Below are positions 31,367-41,338 of a stretch of DNA of 64,000 nucleotides, one piece after another (within the stretch, counting starts at the first letter, position 1; each line of letters begins with the position of its first letter). This DNA is from Gemmatimonadota bacterium. Lineage in GTDB: Bacteria > Gemmatimonadota > Gemmatimonadetes > Palauibacterales > Palauibacteraceae. The stretch covers positions 10,952-74,951 of the forward strand of contig JBHIAV010000011.1 of the NCBI GenBank assembly GCA_046758745.1, in the 5' to 3' direction. The translations under genes were made by a program, and so were the position numbers. The notes below the pieces were generated by a model. The model saw nothing but the letters and a program-made list of their open reading frames with translations. It ran no database searches and was not told where the DNA came from.

Positions 31367-32527
31367 ATGACGACGAGCGAGTCCATATACACCCCGCACC
31401 TCGGTCGGACGAGCGAGGTCCATCGCCGCGGCGAGGACGGCTTCGCCCTGCTCGTGGCCATGCTGACGCTGATCGGGCTCACGGCGCTGGCGACCGCCGG
31501 GTTCGTCCTCTCGGACACCGACCACGAGGTCAGCCGGAACTTCATGGCGACCGCGTACGCCGACCAGGCGGCGAACGCCGGCCTGTACGACTATCTGGGC
31601 AGCCACATCACGGCTACCGACACCCAGACCTACAGCTACGCGATGGGATCCGCCACGGTGTTCGGGGAGAAGATGCTCGACCTCGGCGGGAACCAGGTCC
31701 TGTACCGCATCACGTCTTCCGGCACGTACGCTCCTTCGGTGGGCGGCGTGGCCGCCCGCACCATGACCACCACCGCTCTCTTCAACATCGGTTCGGTCAC
31801 GACCACAAGCGCCATCACGTCGGGCGCCGGCTTCCACAAGAACGGGGGCGCCGGCACGCTCTCGGGCTTTGATGCGGCTCTCGCGGGAGAGTGTCCGAAC
31901 GCGCCCGCGCCGGCGGTCGCCGGCCTCTCCACGCCCGAGGGCGGCTTCACCCAGAGCGGCAACGGGAACGGCAACGGGAATGGGAACGGCAACGGGAACG
32001 GGAACGGACCGCCCGTGTGTACCGGCTGCGAGGGGAATCCGCCGCTCGACGCATCCGGAACCGGCATTGGGCAGCTGCAAAAGACCGGAATCGACTGGTC
32101 GGGGATCGTGAACGGCGGGGTGATCGAGGCGGACTACTCCATCCCGGCGGGCGGCTGGCCGAACTTCGCCGGTCTCCCGCCCGAGGAGTGGCCCGTGATC
32201 TACGTCAGCAGTCCGAGCTACTCGGTGAACGCCGCCCAGAGCGGCCGCGGAACGCTCGTGGCGCGGGGGAACCTCAACCTGAACGGCAGCTTCTCGTGGG
32301 ACGGCATGATCCTGATCGGCGGAAGCATGACCAGCAACGGGAACAATCAGGTGAAGGGGGCGGTGGTGGCGGGGCTCAACCTGCTCCTCAACGAGACCGT
32401 TGCCGACAGCGATATCGGCAACGGACAGAAGACGTTTCAGTACCACTCCTGCAACCTGTCCCTGGCCACCACGGCCGCGTTCGGCGGCCTCTCCGAGGTC
32501 CCCGGGAGCTGGTTCGAGAGCATGTGA
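31367..32527 (+). CDS. PilX-like minor pilin / pilus-associated protein with a Gly-Asn repeat
   Basis: Class III signal-like GEDG|FALLVAMLTLIGLTALA, then A..AANAGL; Gly/Asn/Thr-rich body. Confidence 0.7.
   Translation: MTTSESIYTPHLGRTSEVHRRGEDGFALLVAMLTLIGLTALATAGFVLSDTDHEVSRNFMATAYADQAANAGLYDYLGSHITATDTQTYSYAMGSATVFGEKMLDLGGNQVLYRITSSGTYAPSVGGVAARTMTTTALFNIGSVTTTSAITSGAGFHKNGGAGTLSGFDAALAGECPNAPAPAVAGLSTPEGGFTQSGNGNGNGNGNGNGNGNGPPVCTGCEGNPPLDASGTGIGQLQKTGIDWSGIVNGGVIEADYSIPAGGWPNFAGLPPEEWPVIYVSSPSYSVNAAQSGRGTLVARGNLNLNGSFSWDGMILIGGSMTSNGNNQVKGAVVAGLNLLLNETVADSDIGNGQKTFQYHSCNLSLATTAAFGGLSEVPGSWFESM
31958..32008 (+). repeat. Hexamer repeat GGSAAY encoding (GN)8
   Basis: ggcaacgggaacggcaacgggaatgggaacggcaacgggaacgggaacgga. 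Confidence 0.85.
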
Positions 32528-32632
32528 GGGGGGGCTCCGCCTCGGCTGGCTGGAGCGGGCAGGTACAGCCGGACGGCGGCGCACCGACCGGCTTCGGCCG
32601 AGGCTCCCGGTCTCTGTAGTCGCGGGGGGGCG

Positions 32633-33550
32633 TCAGGCGCGGCGGATGTCCGCTGCGGCCGGAACCTCTCCCAGCGTCACGGTCCGATTCCGCCCCCCTT
32701 GCTTCGCCGCATAGAGGGCCCGGTCAACCGCGACAAGGAGCTCGCGAACCTCCTCCATCGATGGCTCGAAGCCCGCCACGCCGGCACTGATGGTGAGGGG
32801 CTCCGGAAGATCCTCGCTCTCGCGGGCCACAGCCTGCCGCACCCGCTCGGCGAAGACGGTCGCGCCGCTCGCCGGCGCCCCGGGAAGAACGGAGAGGAAT
32901 TCCTCCCCGCCGCTCCGACCGCTGATGTCCATCTGGCGGGTATTTGTCGCCAGCACCCGGCCCACCAGGCGAAGCGCCTCGTCTCCCGCCTGGTGGCCAT
33001 GGCGATCGTTGTACGCCTTGAAGCCGTCGATGTCGAACATGACGATCGAGAGCGTGTAGCCTCGCGCTGCGGCGGCGAAGTGCCGGGTCAGGAAGAAGTC
33101 GATCACGCGTCGGTTCGGCAGGCCGGTGAGAGGATCCTCGTACGCCAGAAGCAGGGCGCGATCGCGCTCCCGGTGCAATGATTCGGCGATGGCGCTGGCG
33201 CCCAGGCTGCCGGCGATCAGCACGACTGTGATGGCCCCGGTGATGCGCCAGTCCACGTCGGCTCCGGCGGTCCAGCTCGGCACGATCTGCAGGAGTATCA
33301 GTAGAGCCATGGCCCCGGCGAGCCCGTACGCCCCTCCCGTCCAACCCTTGTGGTACGCGAGCAGGAATGACGGGACGAGGGCGAGAAGCCACACGAGAGC
33401 AGAGATCCGTTGGAGCGACTCGGGCCACAAGCTGGCGAGGGCTGCGACGGCCAGCGCGAACGCGCTGATGGCGAGGGCTTTGGGAGGCACCCGTCTCTCG
33501 AGTCCAGGTAGCTGGGCTTGGGCGCTGGCCTCGAGTCTGTGGGTCGGCAC
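32633..33550 (-). CDS. Membrane-bound diguanylate cyclase (GGEEF); start uncertain
   Basis: DPLTGLPNRR, DIDGFK.YND..GH..GD, RxxD I-site (RQMD), GGEEF; about 4 N-terminal TM segments. Confidence 0.9.
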   Translation of the reverse strand: MPTHRLEASAQAQLPGLERRVPPKALAISAFALAVAALASLWPESLQRISALVWLLALVPSFLLAYHKGWTGGAYGLAGAMALLILLQIVPSWTAGADVDWRITGAITVVLIAGSLGASAIAESLHRERDRALLLAYEDPLTGLPNRRVIDFFLTRHFAAAARGYTLSIVMFDIDGFKAYNDRHGHQAGDEALRLVGRVLATNTRQMDISGRSGGEEFLSVLPGAPASGATVFAERVRQAVARESEDLPEPLTISAGVAGFEPSMEEVRELLVAVDRALYAAKQGGRNRTVTLGEVPAAADIRRA

Positions 33551-33823
33551 GCCAATCCGGTCGGTTTGTTGGCCTCGGACCCGCCCATCGCGGGTGTCGG
33601 CCCAAGATAGCTCAAAGTGTCGAAAACACAAGGAGGTGTGCCCTCACCCATCCCGATCGGGCGACTTCGGTCCGCCGCGCGCCGGTGCAGCGAGGGCTCG
33701 GCGGCTCGGCGGGCGGCCGCGGACGGAACGGCGATGGCTCACCCGTTGCTCTCCCCGAAGCCACGGGCGATCTTGCAGCGATTCGTTGCCGGGAGGCGAA
33801 CTCTCTTCGCTGAGGGCGAATGA

Positions 33824-34480
33824 ATGGCCGAACAGGACTGGACGGTGATCCGCGTTCAGGGGGATCGGGGTATGCCGTCGATCAACGGCCTACAGTTCCT
33901 GAGCTGTCTGGCGGCGGTTCGCGACACGATCGGCGATCGAAGGTGGCACTACCGATGGGTGCCCTATGAGATGGGGCGTAGCGTCGACGGGCTCCGAGTC
34001 GAGATCCCGTACGACTCGAAGGAACGACACCGGCTCGTTCGGGAGGTGGAGTTCCGGGTGCCGCCGCCGGATGGACTTCTGGCCGAGCCGGTCCGCTGGA
34101 CGACCGATCTGGATGGCGTGCAGAGCGCCGAGGAGGTCGAGGATTGCCTTACGCTCCTGTGGCGGTGGTCCGATTTTCTGGCCGACCTCCGCATCCGCAA
34201 CCCGCGCGCGTCGGTTCGTTCGTTCACCTTCCTCACATCCGGAGCCTTCCTGTTCTTCGTCACGGGGGATCGGCGTCACCTCGACCGCGCCCTCGAGAGC
34301 AATGCGTTTTCGTCGGTGCCGCCCGTTTCGATGGGACGAGTCGTGGAACTGGTTCGCGCGGAGCCGATGCCGTACCGCGTCCCTCCGTCGGATCGCTCCG
34401 ACGCGGTGAACGGGGCCCGCATCCACCACCTGGCGGCGTGCACGTTCGCCGCGGCTTTCTATCCGTTCACCACCGTGTAA
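33824..34480 (+). CDS. Hypothetical protein
   Basis: GAGGG RBS, 218-aa ORF with globular composition. Confidence 0.65.
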   Translation: MAEQDWTVIRVQGDRGMPSINGLQFLSCLAAVRDTIGDRRWHYRWVPYEMGRSVDGLRVEIPYDSKERHRLVREVEFRVPPPDGLLAEPVRWTTDLDGVQSAEEVEDCLTLLWRWSDFLADLRIRNPRASVRSFTFLTSGAFLFFVTGDRRHLDRALESNAFSSVPPVSMGRVVELVRAEPMPYRVPPSDRSDAVNGARIHHLAACTFAAAFYPFTTV

Positions 34481-34533
34481 GCAGGACTCACCCGAGCCCG
34501 AAACCGAACCGCCCGATCGGGGGTTGACCCAGC

Positions 34534-35139
34534 GTGGCAGGCGTTCGAGACGGAAACCGAGTGGCCGGCAAGCGGGCCGGACTATCGGCCGTGGCGGTCC
34601 TCCTGCTGGCCGTTTCGGTCGCAGCGATCGTCCGCGGTCGACCGAGGGCGGTCGACGGGGCTTCGGCGGGTGACCGCGGGGGTGCGCCGTGGCTCGAAAT
34701 CCCGGCTCCCGTCATCCCGTTCGAGACGGTTGAGCGCGACACGAGCTCCCTGCTCGATTATCGGGGCGGGATCGTCCTCCTCAACTTCTGGGGCACCTGG
34801 TGTGCCCCCTGTCTCGTCGAGATCCCGCACCTCATCGCCGTGCAGCGCGAGCTCGAGGAGCTGGGAGGGACGATCATCGGTCCGGCCGTCGATTCGGGAT
34901 CGCCGGAGGACGTGCGGCGCTTCGCGGCGAAGCGAGGCATGACGTGGCCCCTGTGGATGGCGGACTACGAGCAGTCCGTAGGCGTATACGGGGCGGAGGG
35001 GTATCCGTTCACTCTGCTCATCGATGCCGGCGGCGTGATCCGCCAGTCGTACCTCGGTCCGCAAACAAAGGAGACGCTCCTGCAGGACATCCGGAGGCTC
35101 GCCGCGGAGAGGCCCGCCCTCCGGGACACCGGTGACTGA
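34534..35139 (+). CDS. TlpA/ResA-like thiol-disulfide oxidoreductase
   Basis: LLNFWGTWCAPC..EIP, YP.TLLID..G; N-terminal membrane anchor. Confidence 0.88.
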   Translation: MAGVRDGNRVAGKRAGLSAVAVLLLAVSVAAIVRGRPRAVDGASAGDRGGAPWLEIPAPVIPFETVERDTSSLLDYRGGIVLLNFWGTWCAPCLVEIPHLIAVQRELEELGGTIIGPAVDSGSPEDVRRFAAKRGMTWPLWMADYEQSVGVYGAEGYPFTLLIDAGGVIRQSYLGPQTKETLLQDIRRLAAERPALRDTGD

Positions 35140-35159
35140 GGAGTTCGAGGCTCTCGCCC

Positions 35160-36959
35160 CTAGCTGCCGATCAGCGCCTCGGGCTCGAGCAGCTGGCCGC
35201 GATACAGCCGCGCGTACAGCCCGCCGAGGGCCACCAGTTCCGCGTGGGTTCCGGATTCCACCACGCGCCCGCGGTTGAGCACCAGCACCCGGTCGGCTCG
35301 CTGGACCGTGCGCAGCCGGTGCGCGATGATCAACGTCGTCCGGCCCCGCATTGCGGCGGAGAAAGCCTCCTCAACGAGCCGCTCGCTCTCGGTGTCGAGG
35401 CTGCTCGTCGCCTCGTCCAGGATCAATACCACCGGCGCTTTCAGGAAGATGCGAGCGATCGCGATCCGCTGCCGCTGACCGCCGGAGAGCCGTATCCCTC
35501 GCTCCCCGACGAGGGTGTCGTATCCGTCGACGAGATCTAGAACGAACTCGTGCGCGTGTGCGGCCCGCGCGGCCCGCTCGATCTCCTCGCGAGATGCGCC
35601 GGGCCGGCCGTACGCGATGTTCTCGGCTATGGTGCCGGCGAACAGGAGCGGCTCCTGTGGCACGATCCCGATCGCTCCCCGCAGCTCGGCCAGGCGGAGA
35701 CGCCGCAGGTCAATGCCGTGCAGGGTGATCGACCCCCGCGTCGGATCCCAAAAGCGCGTTACCAGCGCGGCCAGCGTGGACTTGCCGCCGCCGCTTGGTC
35801 CCACGAGAGCTACCACTTCGCCCGGTGCCAAGCGCACGTCCACCGCCTCGAGCGCCCAGGGTTCCCGAGGACCGTAGCGAAACCACACGCTGTGGAAGGC
35901 GATCTCGCCCGGTCCGTCCGCCGGCAGCCGGACCGGCTCCTCCGGGTCCCGGATATCGGGCGCCCGATCGAGCAGGTCGAACACCCGCCGCGCCGCACCT
36001 TGCGCCTCCTGGTAACTGCTCCACAGCGACGCGAGGGCGGTGATGGCGGCCGCCACCGAAACGGCGTACAGGAGGAAGGACACGAGCTCGCCGGCCGTGA
36101 TCTGGCCTTCGAGGACGAGGCGGCCGCCGGACCACAGGACGATAGCGATCCCGCTGAAGGTCACGAAGCTGATCACACCGAAGAACGTGCCCCGCACGAG
36201 CGCCCGGCGAAGGGCCGTTTCGAGCGCGCGCCCGATCCGCTGCGCGTAACGCTCGCGCTCCCACGACTCGCGCACGAAGCTCTGCACGATGGGGATCTGC
36301 GTGAGGGCCTCTTCGGCGGCGGCGTTCGCCTCGGCGAGCTGATCCTGGACCGCCGTGCTCTTGCCCCGCAGGTAGCGTCCGAAGGCGATCCCGCTCAGCA
36401 CCACGGCCGGCGCCACCATAAGGGTGGTGAGCATCAACTCGGTGTGAAGGAGGGCGAGGATGGTGAGCGCGCCGAACAGGTACAGGAGCTGCCGGGCGAG
36501 CTCGGCGATCTGGTGGCTCATCACAGCCTGCAGCGTCGAGCAGTCGGAGGCGAGGCGGCTCGTGAGCTCGCCCGAGCTGCGCAGCGTGAAGAAGCCCGGC
36601 GACAATGAGAGGAGGTGACCGAACAGCTCGGTTCGAATTCCCGCGATCACCTTCTCGCCCACGGCGCCTAGCAGGTACACTTCCAGGAAGTTCAGCGCGC
36701 CCTGGATGGCGAAGAGAACCACCAGGCCGATGGCGATGGAGTTGAGGGTGGAGGCGTCTCTTGTCTCGAACGCCGCGTCCATCAGGTAGCGCACGAGCAG
36801 GGGGAAGGCGAGGCCGATCGCTGCGCTCAGGACGAGGAATACGCTCGCGATGGCCAGAGATGCCCGGTACGGCCGGAGTCGCGGCGCGAGTCGCTGGATG
36901 GCGAAGAGGGAGAAGCGTCCCCTGCCGGTCCAACCCGCGGCCTTCTCCGGCTCGCCCAC
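35160..36959 (-). CDS. ABC exporter, fused permease and ATPase (MsbA/Atm-like)
   Basis: GPSGGGKST, LSGGQRQR, ILDEATSSLD; 6 TM segments. Confidence 0.93.
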   Translation of the reverse strand: MGEPEKAAGWTGRGRFSLFAIQRLAPRLRPYRASLAIASVFLVLSAAIGLAFPLLVRYLMDAAFETRDASTLNSIAIGLVVLFAIQGALNFLEVYLLGAVGEKVIAGIRTELFGHLLSLSPGFFTLRSSGELTSRLASDCSTLQAVMSHQIAELARQLLYLFGALTILALLHTELMLTTLMVAPAVVLSGIAFGRYLRGKSTAVQDQLAEANAAAEEALTQIPIVQSFVRESWERERYAQRIGRALETALRRALVRGTFFGVISFVTFSGIAIVLWSGGRLVLEGQITAGELVSFLLYAVSVAAAITALASLWSSYQEAQGAARRVFDLLDRAPDIRDPEEPVRLPADGPGEIAFHSVWFRYGPREPWALEAVDVRLAPGEVVALVGPSGGGKSTLAALVTRFWDPTRGSITLHGIDLRRLRLAELRGAIGIVPQEPLLFAGTIAENIAYGRPGASREEIERAARAAHAHEFVLDLVDGYDTLVGERGIRLSGGQRQRIAIARIFLKAPVVLILDEATSSLDTESERLVEEAFSAAMRGRTTLIIAHRLRTVQRADRVLVLNRGRVVESGTHAELVALGGLYARLYRGQLLEPEALIGS

Positions 36960-37110
36960 GCCGCCCGCCCGCTCGCTGTCCCCCGTGATCTCTTCGCTCT
37001 CTCCGTGGCGTACCCGTAGCGCCGGGCCTATCTTGCCGCCCCCGTCGGTAACAGTCTAACCCGATAGCTGGTCTCCGCACCATGCTCGGAGCCGTGCACC
37101 CGAAGGAGGC

Positions 37111-38166
37111 ATGAGCGCCCAGTTGGAGGAACACTTGGAGCAGCCCGGCTCCACGGGGTCGAGGTTCGAGTCGGATGAAGGTCAAGACCGGGCCCTGCGG
37201 CGCTGGCGCCGTCTGGCCGTGGGCGCCGCCGCCAGCACCTTCGCGCTCATCGTGCTTGGGGGCGTCGTGCGGATCACCGGGAGTGGGATGGGGTGCGGAG
37301 CCGATTGGCCGTTGTGCAACGGGAAGCTCGTGCCCTCGCCCGATCTTCCCACCCTGATTGAGTTCGGACACCGCGTTGCGGCCGCGGCCGTGAGCCTCCT
37401 GGTGCTCGCGCTGGCCGCGCACGCCTGGCTCCCCGGGCGGGGAGCAACGTGGCGCGGGCGACGGCGCTTGGCCCTCTGGGCGGTGGGGCTTCTCGCGATT
37501 CAGGTGATGCTCGGAGCGGTCGCGGTCCGATGGGAGCTTCCCCCGGCCACGGTCGTCCTTCACCTCGGCACGGCGATGCTGTTCCTCGGTCTCCTCGTGG
37601 CGGGCAGCTGCTTCGGGCGGTCGGACCGACCCGCGCCGATGCGCGGTTTCTTCGAAGAGGCTGGAGTTCCCTCTACTGCCACCGCCGCTCCCGATCGAGC
37701 AGCCGGCGTCGCCTGGCTGACGGCCGGTCTCGGGCTGCTCGTCGTGCTGGCCGGAGCGCTCGTGGCGAACCTGGATGCTGCGCGCGCCTGTCAGGGATTT
37801 CCCCTGTGCAACGGGGAGTGGTGGCCGGGGGACAACTGGCGGATGCAGCTTCACTGGGGGCACCGGATGGCGGCGTACGGGCTGGCCGCATGGGCGCTCG
37901 CCCTGCCGAGCTTCGTGCGGCGTGTTCGGCCGGGGGACGGCGCCTCGTTCGGCGCTGCCCGTAGCGCGGCGGGACTCGCGGGGGGACAGATCGCGGTCGG
38001 CGCGGCGATGGTTCTCCTCTCCCTTCCCGGCTGGCTCCGTGCTCTGCACGTGGCCCTCGGGTCAGCGCTCTTCGCTTCCCTGGTAGCGACGGCCTGGCTC
38101 GTCGGCCGCCGAGAGCCCGTGCGCCGGGTCACGCAACGGGCCGAGCCGGGTCGCGCGGTCGGCTGA
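37111..38166 (+). CDS. ctaA: Heme A synthase (COX15/CtaA family)
   Basis: GG.VR.TGSGMGC..DWPLC, IEFGHR; second-half C..FPLC and HR/H motifs. Confidence 0.87.
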   Translation: MSAQLEEHLEQPGSTGSRFESDEGQDRALRRWRRLAVGAAASTFALIVLGGVVRITGSGMGCGADWPLCNGKLVPSPDLPTLIEFGHRVAAAAVSLLVLALAAHAWLPGRGATWRGRRRLALWAVGLLAIQVMLGAVAVRWELPPATVVLHLGTAMLFLGLLVAGSCFGRSDRPAPMRGFFEEAGVPSTATAAPDRAAGVAWLTAGLGLLVVLAGALVANLDAARACQGFPLCNGEWWPGDNWRMQLHWGHRMAAYGLAAWALALPSFVRRVRPGDGASFGAARSAAGLAGGQIAVGAAMVLLSLPGWLRALHVALGSALFASLVATAWLVGRREPVRRVTQRAEPGRAVG

Positions 38167-38185
38167 GGAGGTCCGCGCCCCCGAG

Positions 38186-39730
38186 ATGGGTACCCGGAGT
38201 CCTCGCGTACGCTTCGCCCCGAGCCCGACCGGCCATCTGCACGTCGGCGGGGCGCGGACAGCCCTCTTCAACTACCTGTTCGCACGACACACGGGGGGGA
38301 CGTTCCTGCTCCGCATAGAGGATACGGACCGTACACGGTCGAGCGAGGAGATGACCCAGGCCATCCTCGATGCGCTGGAGTGGCTCGACCTGGGGTTCGA
38401 CGAGGAGCCGGTCCACCAGGCGGACGGGCTCGAGCGGCACCGCCGGGACGTGTCCAGGCTGCTCCAGGCCGGGGCGGCCTATCGCTGCTTCTGCACTTCG
38501 GAAGAGCTGGAGCGACGGCGCTCCGAGTCGACCGCGCAGGGAATCGTGTACCGTTACGACGGGCGCTGTCGCCGTCTGGATCCCGCCGCCGCCGAGCGCC
38601 GGGCGGAGAGCGGCGAGGCTTTCGCCGTTCGCTTCGCCGTGCCCGGCGGGGAGACGGCGTGGGAGGACGTGGTGCACGGGCGCACGGCATTCGCGAACAC
38701 GAGCCTCGAGGATTTCGTGATCCTCCGCTCCGACGGGACCCCGGTGTACAACCTGGCCGTCGTGTCGGACGACATCGAGATGCGCGTCTCCCACGTGATC
38801 CGCGGGGACGATCACATCTCGAACACCCCCAAGCAGATCCTCATCTACCGCGCTCTCGGCACGCCCGAGCCGACGTTCGCGCATGTCCCGATGATCCTCG
38901 GTCCCGACGGAAAGCGGCTCTCGAAGCGGCACGGGGCCACGTCGGTCGAGGCGTACCGCCAGCGGGGGATCCTCCCGGAGGCGATGGTGAACTTTCTCGC
39001 TCTCCTCGGCTGGTCCCCCGGGGACGATCGCGAGGTGATGAGCAAAGATGAGCTCGTAGAGGCGTTCACGCTCGAGCGGATTCTGAAGAAGAGCGCCGTG
39101 TTCGACACCGAGAAGCTGGAGTGGCTGAACGGCCGGTACCTGGCCCGTGCCCCGGTCGGGCGCCTCGTCCCCCTTCTCATGGAGGTGCTGGGGCGGGTGG
39201 GGATCGGAGCGGCGGAGGTGGCGGCGGTGGGGAGGGAACGCGTGGAAGCGCTGGTCGAGCAGCTCCGGGTGCGGGCACGGACGATCGAGGAGATGGGAAC
39301 GCAGGCGGCCCCCTACTTCACCGAAGGGGTCGATTACGATCCCAAGGCGGTCGCTGAGCATTGGAAAGATCCCGCGGGGACGAGGGAGACGCTTCTCGCC
39401 GTCCGCTCGATCCTCGCCTCCGTGCAGCCGTACGAGCCGAAGACGCTGGAGGCCGAGCTGCGCGATCTTGCCGCTCGAATGGGGGTGGGAGCGGGGAAGC
39501 TCATCCATCCGCTCCGCGTGGCCGTTCTCGGCGTGGCGGCGAGCCCGGGCATCTTTCAGGTGCTGTTCGTGATCGGGCGGAAGCGGTGCCTGGAGCGGAT
39601 CGATCGAGCGCTCGCCCGGCTCGCGGAAAGCACCGCGTCGGATGACGGACAAGAGACGAGCCAGAATAAGGAGGGCGCGTTGCCGGCGGACGGGGCTCAG
39701 GCGAGCGACCCTCCAGAGCCCGCCACGTGA
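38186..39730 (+). CDS. gltX: Glutamate--tRNA ligase
   Basis: RFAPSPTGHLHVGG, LRIEDTD, RLSKRHGA; anticodon-binding domain present. Confidence 0.95.
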   Translation: MGTRSPRVRFAPSPTGHLHVGGARTALFNYLFARHTGGTFLLRIEDTDRTRSSEEMTQAILDALEWLDLGFDEEPVHQADGLERHRRDVSRLLQAGAAYRCFCTSEELERRRSESTAQGIVYRYDGRCRRLDPAAAERRAESGEAFAVRFAVPGGETAWEDVVHGRTAFANTSLEDFVILRSDGTPVYNLAVVSDDIEMRVSHVIRGDDHISNTPKQILIYRALGTPEPTFAHVPMILGPDGKRLSKRHGATSVEAYRQRGILPEAMVNFLALLGWSPGDDREVMSKDELVEAFTLERILKKSAVFDTEKLEWLNGRYLARAPVGRLVPLLMEVLGRVGIGAAEVAAVGRERVEALVEQLRVRARTIEEMGTQAAPYFTEGVDYDPKAVAEHWKDPAGTRETLLAVRSILASVQPYEPKTLEAELRDLAARMGVGAGKLIHPLRVAVLGVAASPGIFQVLFVIGRKRCLERIDRALARLAESTASDDGQETSQNKEGALPADGAQASDPPEPAT

Positions 39731-40242
39731 ACGGATCGGCCCACGACGCGACCGGCGCCGGAGGCGTCCCGAACGCGACTTCCCCGTCTTCCCGGCCCGA
39801 AGAGGCCGACTGGATGGGGTGCGCGCTGGAGCAGGCGAGACGGGCCGCGGGACGGGGCGAGGTGCCCGTGGGCGCCGTCGTCGTCGGCCCGGCGGGACTC
39901 GTGGCGGAGGACCACAACCGCACCCGGGAGCTGGCCGACGCGACGGCCCACGCCGAGATGCTGGTCCTGCGGCGGGCCGCCGAGCTGGCCGGCGATTGGC
40001 GGCTGCTCGACCACACCCTCTACGTGACCCTGGAGCCTTGCGCCATGTGCGCCGGCGCGATCGTGCTCTCCCGCATCCGGCGGCTCGTGTTCGGCGCCCC
40101 GGACCCGAAGGCCGGCATGTGTGGTTCGCTCGGCAACCTCGTCCAGGACGGGCGACTGAATCATCGCGTGGATCTCGTGAGCGGTCTGCGCACCGAGGAG
40201 TGCGCGGCGCTGCTCAGGGAATTCTTCCGCGTCCGGCGGTGA
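39727..40242 (+). CDS. tadA: tRNA adenosine(34) deaminase
   Basis: GEVPVGAV, HAE, TLEPCAMC, DPKAG. Confidence 0.92.
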   Translation: MNGSAHDATGAGGVPNATSPSSRPEEADWMGCALEQARRAAGRGEVPVGAVVVGPAGLVAEDHNRTRELADATAHAEMLVLRRAAELAGDWRLLDHTLYVTLEPCAMCAGAIVLSRIRRLVFGAPDPKAGMCGSLGNLVQDGRLNHRVDLVSGLRTEECAALLREFFRVRR

Positions 40243-41219
40243 GACGGCGTGGGGTCGTCCTCGTTGCAGACGAGCTCCGCGAGCTCGCCGGGGACGCACC
40301 CACCTGGCCGGGTGGCCTCGAAACGATCTTCTTCGCTCTCTCGAGCGGAGCCGACTCTCGCACACTGCCCTCGGCCGGGGAGGCCGTGGGGCTCATCCCG
40401 CTCGTATCGCTCCCGGTGGGGGAGCCGCTATTAGAGGCTCTTCCCAACCTTCGCATCGTAGCCAATTACGGTGTGGGCACGGACAACATCGATCTCGCCG
40501 CTGCCGCGCGCCGCGGTGTCCTGGTGACCAACACGCCGGGAGTCCTGACGGCGGCGACCGCCGACCTCACCTGGGCGCTTCTCCTCGCAGCGGCCCGTCG
40601 GCTGCGCGAGGGACTGAGCCTGGCCGCTGGAGGCGGGTGGTCCGGCTGGCGCCCCACGCAGCTCCTCGGCAGAGGGCTCCAGGGCCGTCTGCTCGGGATA
40701 CTCGGAGCCGGCCGGATCGGAGCGGCCGTTGCCCGGCGAGCCGTCGGCTTCGGCGTGCGGGTCGGCTACTGGAGTCGCCGCGCCGCACCCGAGCTCGAGG
40801 CGGAGACAGGGGCGAAGCGTTATGAAACGCTGGAGACCCTGCTTCGAGAGGCCGACATCCTCTCCATTCACCTGCCCCTGACGACGGAGACGGAGGGACT
40901 CATCGGGGCGCGAGAGCTCGCCGCCATGAAGACGGGCGCCATCCTGGTGAACACGGCGCGTGGCGCCATCGTCCAACCCGCGGCGCTCGCCGCGGCGCTC
41001 CGCTCGGGCCATCTGGCGGGCGCCGGCCTCGACGTCTATCCGGAGGAGCCTGGGATCCCGGAGGAGCTGGTGGATCTCCCCAACGCCTTCCTGCTTCCGC
41101 ACCTGGGCAGCGCCACGTGGGAAGCGAGGACGGAGATGTGGAGGCTGGCGGCGGAAAACGTGCGCCGGGTCCTGTCGGGAGAGCCGCCCCTCACGCCGGT
41201 GGGGACCCCGAAGAGCTGA
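40239..41219 (+). CDS. D-2-hydroxyacid dehydrogenase (glyoxylate / hydroxypyruvate reductase-like)
   Basis: GVGTDNID, NTPGVLT, GAGRIG, VNTARG, GLDVY..EP, PHLGSAT; GTG overlaps the tadA stop. Confidence 0.88.
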   Translation: MRRRGVVLVADELRELAGDAPTWPGGLETIFFALSSGADSRTLPSAGEAVGLIPLVSLPVGEPLLEALPNLRIVANYGVGTDNIDLAAAARRGVLVTNTPGVLTAATADLTWALLLAAARRLREGLSLAAGGGWSGWRPTQLLGRGLQGRLLGILGAGRIGAAVARRAVGFGVRVGYWSRRAAPELEAETGAKRYETLETLLREADILSIHLPLTTETEGLIGARELAAMKTGAILVNTARGAIVQPAALAAALRSGHLAGAGLDVYPEEPGIPEELVDLPNAFLLPHLGSATWEARTEMWRLAAENVRRVLSGEPPLTPVGTPKS

Positions 41220-41338
41220 CGGCCCCGTCGTGCCGCTGCCCCCGGACGGCTGCCCGGTGCCGGGGTCTCGGTCTGCGATGCCGGTGCGGCTCGCCCTCGC
41301 GCCGACGCGGGACCCGGCCCTCCGCCGCCGCGGCGGAC

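Noticed and set aside
33617..33826. UGA read-through fusing ORF 33617..33823 to 33824..34480
   Set aside because: The downstream ATG has its own GAGGG RBS, the upstream ORF looks non-coding, and there is no redox motif or clear SECIS at the UGA.
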